Shown here piece by piece: positions 22,830-36,152 of a DNA stretch of 64,000 nt; position 1 is the stretch's first letter, and every line of letters begins with the position of its first letter. The position numbers were made by a program, and so were the translations under genes. The notes under the pieces are model-generated. The model searched no databases. It was not told where the DNA came from and saw only the letters and a program-made list of their open reading frames with translations. The DNA is from Eukaryota sp. TZLM1-RC (Eukaryota > Protista > Metamonada: BaSk clade), in assembly GCA_040285825.1 (NCBI GenBank), contig JAUPSS010000001.1, forward strand, positions 3,348,001-3,412,000, read 5' to 3'.

Positions 22830-24900
22830 GAATCAACGTGGAATACTAAGCTTGCAACACTCTAAAGAAAACACAAATTGTGAATAAACTATTCTATTTT
22901 ATCAAACTTTATCAAACAACAAATTACGAGATTCTCTAACAGCAAGAATCGCCAAGATCATTGAAAAGTTTTACATGGTGATTCCTTACTGGTGGTTTTC
23001 ATTGTACATTTTGGAATGAATAATCTTGTCATCAATGAAATGCAACTATTAGCAACTATTCCCCTTGCAGAAAGTTCAAAGTGACCAGATTCAACCTTTG
23101 TTGGACAACATGATATGAAGGTTCTGATATTTCGTACTATTTAATATTTCTTTTGTTTTTATTATCTAAACGTTGTTTCATCAGAAATGTTAATTCACAA
23201 ATCGAGACTATTCCTTCTTTTTTCATCAATCTTTTTGTGTCAAGAATTAGCTCAGGTCTCAACTTAGTCACAACCAAAGCAAAATTTCCATAATGATTTG
23301 TGTGATGGGTAAGTGATGAATTCAAATAATGAAATTGGATGTACAGAAGCATACCAATTTTACCATTATAAGACTTTGTTTCAATTCCAATTATATTCAT
23401 ATATTTCGATCTACAAATCCTCTTATCACTAGGCCTTTGGCACAGAAGTTTGAATTGCGTGCAAAAGTTTCATCACAATTACTAGGATACAAGATGTCCC
23501 AAATTCCTCATCATGCTTCTCTTAGTCTACATTATGCCGCTTTAGGTTGGACAAAAGCCTCAATTCTTAATTCATGTGCTTTTATCGGTGGATGCAGAAA
23601 TGCAATATTTGAGTTTTCTGAAAGATTTGCTGATTGAAAAGATTTATTAATGACAACACAAAGTTCTACTATTTTTGCATTAAATGAAGAAATTTCAAAA
23701 ATTGATGTAAAAAAATGGAGTCGATGCTTTCCCCAATCATTCAATGGTGATATTCCCGAAAAAAACTATCTAAATTTAAAATTCACCCTTAGAACATTAC
23801 AAAAACGATTGACTGGAATGTATGAAATTGATCTTGTTAAAAATATGTGCAACTCGGCTGTTTTACATCAAGATCTTCACTCATTGCTATTGGAAAAGGG
23901 TGTTTGTGAAAATCAGTCATCAGATTCTTTACTGTTTGTGACCATTGTACCACGAAGATTTGGACTGTGTGCTAATAAAGAAGAGTTTGTAACAAAAATC
24001 AGATTTTATTTGAATATCTACATCAATCAATCATTATTGAAAGGAAAAATGTATTTGTCCGAATTCACCTCAACTCACTTTGCGACATGCTCTATAATTG
24101 TTCAAAATTGATAACTTAGCGTTCTTCATTACATGATGCTGTTGGAGACGCTGTTTACAATATGGCACAAATTGCAAGAATTTCGTGTATCAAAGAACCT
24201 CTGCTGAAGGAAACACTGTCATTGAATAATTTTGGTTCTGATGATAGAGATGATGTATACTGTGATTGGATTGATAACTCTGAAGCTGTTGTTGATTTTG
24301 TCTCATGTAATGTTGCAAATGACACTTCAAGAAAAATCAATGAAAAGATTTGACATCTTTTTATGGCATTCTCGAATTCAATTTGCCATTGATAATAGAC
24401 TGCCTCATTTTTTCAATCGAGTTAGAGAAGCTTTGGCTAGACAGCCAACAGATCAAAATTTTGTAGAGGAAATCTTGGTTCATTGAATTTCGTCCCATTA
24501 GTTATGAGTTCATTTTGTTAAGTGTGAAAGTCGAAGAAATATTATATAGTGATGGGTAGGGTCCAGTAAAAATGAAAATGAACTAGGAAAGGAAGAAGTT
24601 AACAAAATTATTTAAAATTGACTCATGTCTCCATTTTGGTCTATTGTATACATCGCGAATTTGGTAACAGAGACAACTGCATAAAATGTAACATATAGTT
24701 GCTGGTCCAGATTGACATAAGGAGCATGCAGGAGACAATAGTTGTGTTGCATCAGGACCTTTAAATATTCCATCAGGTTAAGGTTATAAGCATCAGGTAA
24801 TACATGAAGAACATTTGCAGATTGTGTCAGTCTTTAAGATTGTGTCAGTCTTTGAGGCAGAACAATCAACATGAGTATTTCCCCAGTGTATTATGACGTT
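22830..24900 (-). mobile_element. Degenerate HERO/R4-like RLE retrotransposon, interrupted by a family B insertion (23329-24535)
   Basis: 24600-24750 reads SPACSLCQ..T..YILCSC...KWRHESIL. 23137-23330 reads LRPELIL...ICELT. The 3' part is homologous to 49558-50110. Confidence 0.6.
23329..24535 (+). mobile_element. CRE-like family B 3' half (degenerate)
   Basis: QKHTNFTIIRLCF, VPRRFGLCA, KEPLLKETL and WHSRIQF match 28450-29860. Confidence 0.85.
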
Positions 24901-25006
24901 GTGCATTGATGATTGTACTTAACACTCCATAAATGCTTTGAGTACTCGAAATTGAATTTCTATTTCTAATTATTTTAATCACTTATTATTATGTCAAGTT
25001 ACCGTC

Positions 25007-27078
25007 GTGTCAAAGACAAAGCTTCTACATTTTTGAATCCTCATCAATTTGGAATCAAAACAATTGAAGGTGCTTCTGTTGCTGCTATTGCCTCTGATAC
25101 TTTTTTTAATGCAGAGGAAAATAACTTTATTTTTAATCTTGACTTTAAAAATGCTTTTAATTCTGTAAAGCGAGAAGCAATTTTTGAAGTTATTAAATCT
25201 GATTTTCCTGAGCTATCGAGTTTTTTCTACCATTTTTATGGGAAAGAATCAGATTTAATTTATAATTCATTTGGTCTTAAATCATCTTCTGGAGTGAAGC
25301 AGGGAGATCCTTTAGGCCCATTATTGTTTTGTTTAGCTATTCACAAAACTTTAAATATCATTAAGCAAAAATACCCTTCTATAAAAATAGTTGCTTATAT
25401 GGATGATATATCCTTGATTGGTTCATTTGATTTACTAGAATTGGTTGCTCAAGAAATTGCCGATTCATATGTAAATATTGGGCTTCATCTTAATGCCAGC
25501 AAATGCCTTCTGATTGGCTCTTCTGCTCAAGACCTCGTGATAAACGATTCTATTGTCCCTTTTACTAATTATAGTAGTGATGCTTTTAAGTTCCTTGGTT
25601 GTTGGTTAGGAAATGTGCCTCAAATTCAGAATGAATTGCAAGTTATTTTGGAAAAAATGAAAATTGAACTTGATTCAATTTCTTCTTTAGATATAGAAAA
25701 ACATATTAAATTTTTCATGCTTAAAATTTGCTACACTGGGAGAATAACCCACATTTTGAGATCTTGTGCTCCTTCCATAGCATTAGATTTTTGTCGTTCT
25801 TTTAATTCATTGAGAACAGAATTTTTTGCTGATTTATTGGATGTAGAACCAGGAATGTTGAAAAGCCATTTATTTTCTTCAGCAAATTTGGGTGGTATTG
25901 GTTTTACTAAATCTTCAATTTTGTGTCAATCAGCATTCTTGGGTGGTGGCAAAAATTTTATTTATGAATTTTCTCGTAGATTTCCTGATGATTCTCATCT
26001 GTTAGTCCCCAATTGTAGTCCCTATTTGTATGAGTTATCTTGTGAACTTGAAACATTACCGCCACAAATTTGGACCAAATGTTTTCCTCAATCAATTCAA
26101 GAAATTCCAAACCGATCTCTTTTTAATTTACAGTTTTGCTGTAAAAAGCTTCAACAAAAATTGTCAAAGATTTTTGAAAGCTTGGATTTTGATGTTAGAC
26201 TTGGCTTGGCCAAGAAAAAGAATCCTGATTTTGCAAATCTTTTACAAGATATGTGTGACAGTACTTCTTCTGCCTTAGTAACAACAATTCCACCAGTTTA
26301 TGGTACTCTCTTACCCGATTCTGCTTGGACTGTGAATATGAGATTTCGTTCCTTTATCTGGCCTGATAATTTACCTCATAATTTAATTTGTAAATGTTCT
26401 CGAGAAATTACAACTACTCATTTGTTAAATTGTAAACATTTTATTACTTTCAGAAGCAAGGTTCATGATGCTGTAAGAGACTAGTTATATTGTATGTGTA
26501 AATCTCATAGAATTGAATCCTTCTTGGAATCTCTGTCGTCAAATCTGTTTGATGCTGAAGATGATTTTCATAAGAATAATAGAGGTGATGTCCTATTACC
26601 TGGATTAGATGGAAGCTTCATTTTATTGGATGTAATGTCTGTTGATCCAAGTAATGCCTCAAATGAAAGGCTTGTTAATTCTGAAATTCATAATCCTTTT
26701 TCAAATGCTGAAAATTTTAAATTCAATAAATGCAATGAACCTTTGTCCAAATTGGCCAGTCTACAGCATGCAAAATACAATTTGTATCCATTTGCATTTT
26801 CCCTTTTTGGTTCACTTGCACCAACTGCTTTACGTTTTTTGGATGATTTTGAAATGATTGTAAAGAAAAGAACTAGCAGAAATTTCAACAGATTGTTTTG
26901 GCAAAATAGAATTGTGTTTTCTATTTTTAAGGGGATGTTGAAGATGGTTTCTGATGCTTTGCTTTCTCTTGGATCTCAGTATGCGAGAGTTGCATCTAAT
27001 GTATTTGTTTTGGGAGAGATGGATTTTTTAGATGTTGATTTATAGGTTTTTTGAATAAAATTAAAATTAATAAAAAAA
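25007..27078 (+). mobile_element. CRE-like family D retrotransposon, 5'-truncated, with candidate 11-bp TSD
   Basis: RT (LDFKNAFNS, QGDPLGP, YMDD) plus CCHC and RLE. One in-frame TAG at 26482-26484 where the paralogues have Gln. Flanked by AAGTTACCGTC (24996-25006) and AAGTTACTGTC (27077-27087). Confidence 0.9.
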
Positions 27079-27114
27079 GTTACTGTCTAACATTCAAAAA
27101 AAATACAACATCTG

Positions 27115-27187
27115 TCCTTCGTGGCGCAGTTGGAAGCGTGTGAGGCTCATAACCTCAAGGTCCCTGGATCGAGACCAGGCGAAGGTA
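27115..27187 (+). tRNA. tRNA-Met(CAT), initiator type
   Basis: Cloverleaf with anticodon arm TGAGG-CTCATAA-CCTCA and T-loop ATCGAGA (A54/A60, eukaryotic initiator signature); oligo-T terminator follows; 1:72 is a T:T mismatch. Confidence 0.9.
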
Positions 27188-27209
27188 ATCAATTTTTTTT
27201 ACCAAAGCA

Positions 27210-29865
27210 TCACAAAATTTTTGATTCCTCATATTGAATTTTGTTTTTTGATTGTTTTTGAAAAGATATAACTAATATAGCACCGAGAAAACAGTCATTT
27301 GAGAAATTCAGTAAAATTTTTGAAGACAAATGCTTTGATAACAAATGGTCTAGGGCTTTGTCTGCTTTAAGTCCCAGAATTAAAGCTCCCAACAATCAAG
27401 ATACTATAGCTAAACTGAAAATACTTCATCCATTGGAAGACCCTAAAATGGATCAAAATTTTTACGGAACTTATTGGGAAACTTATCCATTGATGGCATC
27501 AGAAGTATTTTCGGTGATAAAAAAGAGACCACGCGGTCAGTCTGCCGGGCTTTCTGGTATTTCTATTGATCATATAAAAGCCGCAATTATTTAATCAGAG
27601 GATTGTCTTGTTTTATTAACCAAATTTTTTTAATAGAATATTGACTGGTCAACTCAAATATCCAGAAGAATTAAGAAGTTCTCGTTTGACTGCACTTGTC
27701 AAGAATTCAAAAATGGCTGTTCGTCCTATTGCAGTTTCTGAGAGCATACATAATATTTTTTCTGCTTGTTGCTTAAGCAGGTTCAACGAACAAGCAAAAG
27801 GATTTTATTGCCCTTTCAATATGGAATTAATACCACTGATGGAGTTTCGTCAGCGATATTTGCTACAGATGATTTATTTCGCCAAAATGAATAAAATGTT
27901 TGTATGTCATTGGATTTTAGTAATGCATTCAATTCACTGAGTCGTTGCAGTATTCATGGTTCTTTGTTGGAATATATGCCGGAATTAATGCCGTATTTCC
28001 AATCAACATATAGCACAAATCCCAATTTACATTTTGGTAATTCCATTTTGAGCTCTTCAAGTGGTGTAAAAGAAGGAGATCCGTTAGGACCACTTTTGTT
28101 TTGTTTGGCCATTCATCCTATTTTATTACAAATTCAAGAGATGTTTCCTTCGCTGAAAATGATTGCATATATGGATGATGTTGTTCTTATATGTGATTTA
28201 AATATTGTGAAAAAAGCAACTGTATGTTTTGAAGAATTATTCACCAAAAAAGGCCTCCAACTTGATTTACTTGAACGTGTTTTGTTATCGAATTCTCCAG
28301 TTTCTACAATAGTTGATGGTATTGAAATTCAAGCCAAATTATATTCAGTTGATGCTATTCGTCATGTGGGTTCGTTTTTAGGAAATAATGATGAAATTAC
28401 CAAAAATATTGTTTGAAAAGTTGAACTCAATTTCCGATAAAATTGACCGAATGATGACTTTAGATATACAAAAACATATCAAATTTACCATTATAAGACT
28501 GTGTTTTAGTTCCAACTTCAATCATATATTTCGATCTATAAATCCTCTTGTCACTAGGCCTTTGGCTCAGAAGTTTAATGAGTTACGTGCAAAAGCCTTG
28601 TCACAATTACTGGGATGTAAAATGTTACAAATTCCAGACCATGCTTATCTTTGTCCACATTATGGCGGTTTAGGTGGGACAAAGGCTTCTATTCTTACTT
28701 CGTGTGCTTATATTGGTGGATGCAGAAATGCAATCTTTGAGTTTTCCGAAAGATTTGCAGATTGGGAATATTTATTGATGACAACGCAAAGTTCCACTGT
28801 TTTTGCATTAAATGAAAAAATGTCAAAAATTGATGTAGAAAAATGGAGTCGATGCTTTCCCCAATCATTCAATGGCAATATTCCAGAAAAGAATCTTTTA
28901 AATTTAAAATACACTCTTCGAACATTACAGAAACGATTGACTGGAATGTATGAAAATGATCTTTATAATAATAGATGCAGCTCGGCTGTTTCAAATCAAG
29001 ATCTTCACTGATTGTTATTGAAAAAGGGTGTTTGTGAAAATAAGTCATCAGATTCTTCACTTTTTGTAACCATTGTACCACGAAGATTTGGATTGTGTGC
29101 TACTAATGAAGCATTTGTAACAAAAATGAGATTATATTTGAACATCCCCATTAACCAATTATTATCAAAAGAAAAATGTATTTGTTCGAATTCACCTCAA
29201 CTCACTTTGCGCCATGCTCTAAATTGCTCTAAATTGATAACTTATCGTTCTTCATTACATGATGCTGTTAGAGACACTGTTTTCAATATGGCACAAACTG
29301 CAAGGATATCGTGTATCAAAGAGCCCCTGCTGAAAGAAACACTTTCTCTGAATAATTTTGGTTCTGATGATAGAGGTGATGTATACTGTGATTGGATTGA
29401 TAATTCTGAAGCTATTGTTGACTTTGTCTCATGTAATGTTGCAAATGATACTGTGGTTCACAGAAGAAAACTTAATCCTGTGAGTGCTCTTGATTGAAAA
29501 GCAAAAGAAAAACACAGAAAATATGATAAAGATATTGAAGAGGCTAATGCTGATAGAAATACACATCTTGTTTTTATTGCTTTCCCATTTTCGATAAACG
29601 GAAGATTATCAGTTGAAGCAGAAACTTTTTTGAATGACTTCCAAAAAATGGTGCAAGAAAAAACAATGAAAAGATTTGATATTTTTTTATGGCGTTCACG
29701 GATTCAATTTGCCATTATTAATATATTACCACAGTTTTTCAATCGAATTAGAGAAGCTTTAGCTAGACAACAAGCAGATCAAGATTTTGTAGAGGAAATC
29801 TTGGTTCAATGATAGTCGTCCCATTAGTTATGAATTAATTTAATTAAGCGTGCATGTTCAATAAA
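27210..29865 (+). mobile_element. CRE-like family B retrotransposon, long but disrupted copy
   Basis: Fragmented ORFs with LHP.E, RPIAVSE, LDFSNAFNS, GDPLGP, YMDD, HDAVRD, RGD and WRSRIQF; 3' UTR ends TTCAATAAAT. Confidence 0.9.
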
Positions 29866-29904
29866 TATTTTTTATCTAAATAGATGAATGATCTAAATAT
29901 TGAT

Positions 29905-30880
29905 TTTCTAAATATTGATTCTTTCAGATTTAAACATAGAAAAACATCTCAAATTTTTCTTTCTCAGAATTTGTTATTCAGTTAAATTTACTCATATTTT
30001 GCGTTCAACCACACCGTCAATTTCTCTTGAATTTTGCAGAATTTTTAACGAATTAAGAACCCAATTTTTGGCTAATTTGCTCGATATTGATTCTTCTTTT
30101 CTACGTAGTCATATTTTTTGTAGCACAGAATTAGGTGGTCTAGATTTTCGCAAATTTAAATATTTGTGTAAAGCTGCATTTATTGGTGGAGACAAAAATT
30201 TCATTTTTGAATTTTTGAAACGTTTTCCTGAAAACCAACATCTAATAGAAATTGTGTTAGTGGTTATTTAGTGTCTTTGCAGAATGAAATTGAATGCATC
30301 TCTCCTCACATCTGGTCCACATGCTTTCCTGTCGATATTCAAGAAATTCCACCCAAAAATTTGATTTGCTTAAGATTTGCATACGCCAAATTGCGGAGAA
30401 AATTATTAAAAAATTTTGAAAACTTGGATTTTACTATTCGTCTTAGCTTGCCTAAGGAAAAGAATCCCGTTTTTGCCAACTTTTTAATTGATCTTAAGGA
30501 AAGTAGCTCAAGTTGTCTCATTTCCCACATTCCAAATGTTTACGGTTATTGTTAAATGACCATCAACGGACAACTCAATGAACAAATCAATGAACTGCCT
30601 TAAAAATGAGGTGTTGTTTTGGCCGTGCAATGTGCAATATTTAGCAATTTTATATTTTTCGCCAGCAAGAAGAGGATTATTTACATCTGAGTTAATGAAA
30701 TGTTCGTTAGAAGAATTACAAGGGTCTATGGACTTGGCATTTAAAATAGTAAAACTACCATTTAAGCCCAAAACCACCAAATTACCTCTTGTCAAACCCA
30801 TAGAAGCTCTGTTATAGCGCGTACTATCAATATTGGGGTCATCTAGAATTAATGTTGATAGCAAAGGCTCTAACAACGAA
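29905..30880. mobile_element. CRE-like fragments (C-like on + at 29905-30570; RLE fragment on - at ~30635-30880)
   Basis: EKHLKFFFLRICYS...NPVFANFL on +; LEPLL...RGNLVVLGLNG...KIAKY on -. Confidence 0.7.
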
Positions 30881-30927
30881 TCTACTTGCCTTACGGCGTT
30901 AACCCTGCTTCTGCCCTTTTTCAAAAT

Positions 30928-31835
30928 ACATCAGCTTTTATGAATATGAAAACAAAAACTATAAACAAATAACTAATAACTAAAAATACTAATAAATAGC
31001 TTCGCTTCCTAATTCTGATGCTACCTCGGAACCGCTTAGGGGGCGTAGACTCATTGGAGGTACCTTGTCGTTGACAAGTGGTACGCTTACCAATTTTGTT
31101 ATTCTTACTAAATAACTTATAACCGAATCAGGAGGCTCTTCTGTTGTCTCACCGCCAAACCATTGAACAGTACAGAAACTATTTGAGTCAAAGTTCTATT
31201 CTTAGAGGATTTTGTCTATAATGTGTTTTTCAGCATCGCTTGTTGCGACTGCTTTGAGGAATTCAATATCCTGTGAGTTTTCAGCGTTATAGATTTTGCA
31301 ACCTTTCTTGGCAGCTTTTAATTCAGTGCCAATGCTAATATTCTTTAATAACAAAGTGGATTTGACAGGAATATCAATAACCAGGATTGGTCCATTCCAA
31401 GATCCATGTAGTTTATTATTTTGCTTGTTTCACGTAGAACATAGTCACCATTATTAAAAACTATGAAGCATGAATCAGTATTTTCTACCAAAAACGGAGT
31501 ATTCAATGTTTGGTGACGCTCTGCTTCTTCCCTTTTTTCCGAAGACGATTATTTTTGAATTTTATGTCATCTTATGCATTTAGTTTTTTAAAAGGACTAA
31601 ACTTGTATATACAGTAAGAGAATCTACAAATACTAATAGATATTTATTTCCTTCGTTATCAGCGTTCAGATTTCCAGTTGTGTCGACGTTGTGTCTTGCA
31701 AACGGACGATCTGCGCATAGAGACCCTGTGGAAGGTGTTTTTGATCTTTTGATTGGAGCCGTTTTTTGACAAAAGGGGCATTTCTGGACATGATTTATCA
31801 GATCTTTTCTCATATATATTTTTTAAAAAAACTTA
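30928..31835 (-). mobile_element. Ty3/gypsy integrase remnant
   Basis: MRKDLINHVQKCPFCQKTAP...STGSL...RPF...NKYLLVFVD, then KLHGSWNGP; paralogous to the integrase at 56550-57300. Confidence 0.75.
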
Positions 31836-31984
31836 TTTTATTCAAACGAAATTGTTCAAAATTAAAAACCAATTTCCGCAAAGTGCACATCTGCCATTGA
31901 AAATTTATCTAGAACATTTTCTTCTCAAAATCTTTCTAGTAATAACAACGAGCTAGAAACAAGGCTATACATTTCTTTAAAAAT

Positions 31985-34900
31985 AAAAAAATATTTATTT
32001 ATTTATTTTCTACGAAGAATCAAATAGAACAAACTAAAACACATAAGAAACTAAATTCTCCACGCCAACTCTTGATGAATCCTTATAAAGTTTAGACATC
32101 ATTAAACTCAAGTACTTGGGAACACTTCTGTACAAAGCGAAAATGATACGATTTTTCCATAAATTCTCTGCAAAATTCTTACCACTTGAACGACATAAAT
32201 TACCAAAATCATTGATGAAATTCAAGGTGGATTGTCCAATGTTGCCAAAAATCGAAAAGGCAAAAGGAACAAACGAAAACTTCGAATAAAGGTTCTTATT
32301 TAAATCATTTAATATCTCAGTATATTTATCTCTCTTACGATCTTCAGCCTTGTTCAAATGACCATTAGTACTAAGTAAAACATCATCGCGATAAACCAAA
32401 GCAAAGGGATCAACTGTAGTGAAATCAACAACAACTTGAGAGGAATCCACAAAAGGAGCAATTAAATCACCTCGACGTGAATAAAAAAGATTATCATCAC
32501 TATAATGCTTCAACAAAGGTTCTACTTTGCAACTAAAATTGTAACACTTGAACATCTCATATGTCACATCACGAACGGCATTATGAAGAACTGACCTATA
32601 TTGGAGAAATTTCTTACAGCTCACAATATGACGAAAATTGGCAGTAGGTTTTTTGTTACAAATACAATAAGAATTGTCCAAAAGACCACTTGGATACATC
32701 CCTAATCTCAACCGTATGTTTTGTTTCCAAGCTTCATTTGTTAAGTGAAGACCAAATGGCCTTGGTTGCTGAGATATTAAACTAGTACAGTTCTGAATGT
32801 CTGATAAAAAGGCAGCAAAGACGGGATTATTAATCTTAGTCACACTAAGTCGTTTAGAAAAATCCAGGTCTTCAAAACCAATAAGAACAGACTTCTGTAA
32901 TTTCACAACAGCAAGATGAAGATTGGTGAAAGATCTCGAAGGCACAGTAGGCAAACTTGAAGGAAAACTCCTATTCCAAACATCAACAGGTAGTTCTTGC
33001 ACCATTTTGTCAAGAGAAATTAATCAAGGATGTGATTCATTCAAAGGAATATGATCAAAACGAAGTTTCCATTCAAAAAGAAAATTTTTCATACCACCAA
33101 TAAAAGCACTTTTGCATAAATACTCTGCTTTTGAAAAACCAACTCCACCAAATTTAGGACTAAAAAATGCATGATAAGGAATTTTAGATGGACAAACTTC
33201 TACTAAATTTCCTAAGAAATTTGTTCTCAAAGTATTGAATTGACGTGCAAAATCATGAGAAATTGTGGGAGATAAAGAACGAAGAAGATGATTAATTTTT
33301 GATCCAAAACACACATTGAGGACCGAAAACGCTAAATGTTTGTCAATTTGTAGATCTTGTTAATTTATTGAATTTGCACACTTGATTAAATTAAATCATA
33401 ACTAATGGGACGACTATCATTAAACCAAGATTTCCTCTACAAAATCTTGATTTGCTTGCTGTCTAGCTAAAGCTTCTCTAATTCGATTGAAAAACCGCGG
33501 TAATCTATTAATAATGGCAAATTGAATCCGTGAACGCCATAAAAAAATATCAAATCTTTTCATTGTTTTTTCTTTCACCATTTTTTGGAATTCATCCAAA
33601 AAAGTTTCTGCTTCAACTGATAATCTTCCATTTATCGAAAATGGAAAAGCAATAAAAACCAGCTGTGTATTTCTATCGATATTTGCATCTTCAATTTCTT
33701 TATCATATTTTCTATGCTTTTCTTTTGCTTTAAAATCCAGAGCAGCCACAGGATTAAGTTTTCTTCTGTGAATCAAAGTATCGTTTGCAACATTACATGA
33801 GACAAAGTCAACAATAGCTTCAGAATTATCAATCCAATCACAGTATACATCACCTCTATCATCAGAACCAAAATTATTCAGAGAAAGTGTTTCTTTCAGC
33901 AGGGGCTCTTTGATACACGATATCCTTGCAGTTTGTGCCATATTGAAAACAGTGTCTCTAACAGCATCATGTAATGAAGAACGATAAGTTATCAATTTAG
34001 AGCAATTTAGAGCATGGCGCAAAGTGAGTTGAGGTGAATTCGAACAAATACATTTTTCTTTTGATAATAATTGGTTAATGGGGATGTTCAAATATAATCT
34101 CATTTTTGTTACAAATGCTTCATTAGTAGCACACAATCCAAATCTTCGTGGTACAATGGTTACAAAAAGTGAAGAATCTGACACCTTGTTTTCACAAACA
34201 CCCTTTTCCAATAACAATGAGTGAAGATCTTGATTTAAAACAGCCGAGCTGCAAATATTATTATAAAGATCATACATTCCAGTCAATCTTTTCTGTAATG
34301 TTCGAAGAGTGTACTTCAAATTTAAAACATTTTTTTCTGGAATATTGCCATTGAATGATTGGGGAAAACATCGACCCCATTTTTCTACATCAATTCTTGA
34401 AATTTCTTCATTTAATGCAAAAACAGTGGAACTTTGCGTTGTCATCAATAAATCTTCCCAATCTGCAAATCTTTCGGTAATTTGTAGATCTTGAATAGCC
34501 AAAAGTTGCTCTTCGATTTTTTCCAAAATACCTGACAAAATCGATTTAACTTTTTCACTATTTCCAAAATAAGATCCAAGAAACCGAATAGCATCTTCCT
34601 CGTAATCAACGTATTTGATAAAAGTTTCATTAAATGCCACCTCCGCATGCTGATTACCAATAATGAAACACTTGGGCAATTTAATGTCTAACCCTATTTG
34701 TATGGCCAGAAAAACAAAATGTTGTAAACCGTGTTGTAAAAGAGACAGAGGGCCAATAAGTGATAAATCATCTGCATAAGCACATATATGAATGTCAGGA
34801 AAATCCGACTTAAATTTTACCAAAACTGATTGCAGTGCTGAGCAAAAGAAAAATGGACCCAATGGATCCCCTTGTTTGACCCCTCTTGACGAAACAATAT

Positions 34901-36152
34901 TCTCAGAATGACAAATTAAGTTAGAGGGTGATCCATACATCAATTTAAAATACGGCAAAAGTGGAGGATAGTGTAGTTCAAGTTCATGCAAAATACTGGA
35001 GCGAAAAACGGAGTTGAAAGCATTTTTAAAATCAATGTTCAATAAATAATTTTCGCCTTTTTTATTGAAAAGTAAATCTGTACACAACGCAGCACATGTT
35101 GTGCCATCAGGAATTCCGATAGCAAACTGATAAGGACGAAAAAAATTAATTGCGGATGACTTAACTCTTTTAGAAGAAATAATTGCTAATAATCTCGTTA
35201 TGGACTCACCAACAGCAATAGGTCTGACACCACCTCCAGGCTTATGTAAAGCAACTAAACGAGATGCCATTAACGCCTGTGGTAACTTGACACGTCCCAT
35301 GATGACACTATTAAAAAAGAAAACTAAATCATCCACGATTTCTGGACATATGTTGACTGCGGACTTCAAATGATCATAACTAAGTCCAGAAGGCCCAGCA
35401 GAACGACCAGACGGAAGTCCTTTAATAGCTACACTAACTTCATCACAAGTGATAGGATTAGCAGTGAAGAAATCACGTTCATTATCAGAGACTATGTGAT
35501 TTATGGTGAAGTCTTCATGTGGATGAAGAGAATTTAAAGAATCCAATGTTTCATCATTGGAGGCAGCAGGAGAAGAACCAGCCAATAATTTAAGTGCTGA
35601 AGAGTATTGTGAACGAAGAATCAAAGACTCAAAGCGCTTTTTGACATTTTTAGATTGTGGAACCGACTTCTTATATTTAGATTTCTTGTGTGAAGACATA
35701 GCCTTAGAAAGAAAAAATTTCCAAAAAATCGAAGGATTCCAAATGCCCTTTCGAAGAGAGAAGGTTAAAGATCGAATAACTGTTGCAAGAGAAGACGAAT
35801 GAGCAGGAGAAACGAATTGAGGGATTGCAAATGGAGGTCTACAAGGATCAATTGGCGTGCAAGAATCACAAACCAAAAGAGGTCGACCCGAAACATTGAA
35901 TCCAGAAACTGGAGAACAACAGAACAAACATGATTTTGTATTACTACTGACTGAAGACGAATGAAGTATCTGTGGAGGCTCAATAGACTCAATAGGTGAA
36001 GATAATGATGCCAATACAGCTTCATCTGACAAAACTTTTCGCCGAGAACATGTTGTTTTTGTGTGACCAACAGTTTTGCACAAAGAACAGGTAGTCACAG
36101 AATTCTTAGGGCGTCCTCTAGAAGGTTTTGAAGTAACTGACTTCGGAGGCAT
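31985..36152 (-). mobile_element. Full-length CRE-like family A retrotransposon, split by a nested family B insertion
   Basis: ATG at 36152. N-terminal CX2CX4HX4C knuckle and a second Cys cluster; RT (RPIAVGE, YADD). Resumes after the insertion at 33359 (QI|DKHLAF) and continues to the RLE (HNAVRD, RRGD, KY); one in-frame TGA at 33024. Confidence 0.9.
33360..34478 (-). mobile_element. 5'-truncated family B copy with 15-bp TSD, inserted in frame into family A
   Basis: TSD AATTTGTAGATCTTG at 33345-33359 and 34479-34493; matches 28745-29865. Confidence 0.9.

Noticed and set aside
24818-24853. Tandem duplication of AGATTGTGTCAGTCTTT
   Set aside because: A simple slippage duplication inside a dead retroelement.
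26482-26484. In-frame TAG/TAA at Gln-like positions (also 51948 and ~45290-45355) suggesting a TAR=Gln code
   Set aside because: Long host ORFs (1557 and 835 aa) have no internal TAA/TAG and several end in TAA/TAG. TGA stops also occur in the dead elements, so ordinary decay explains them.
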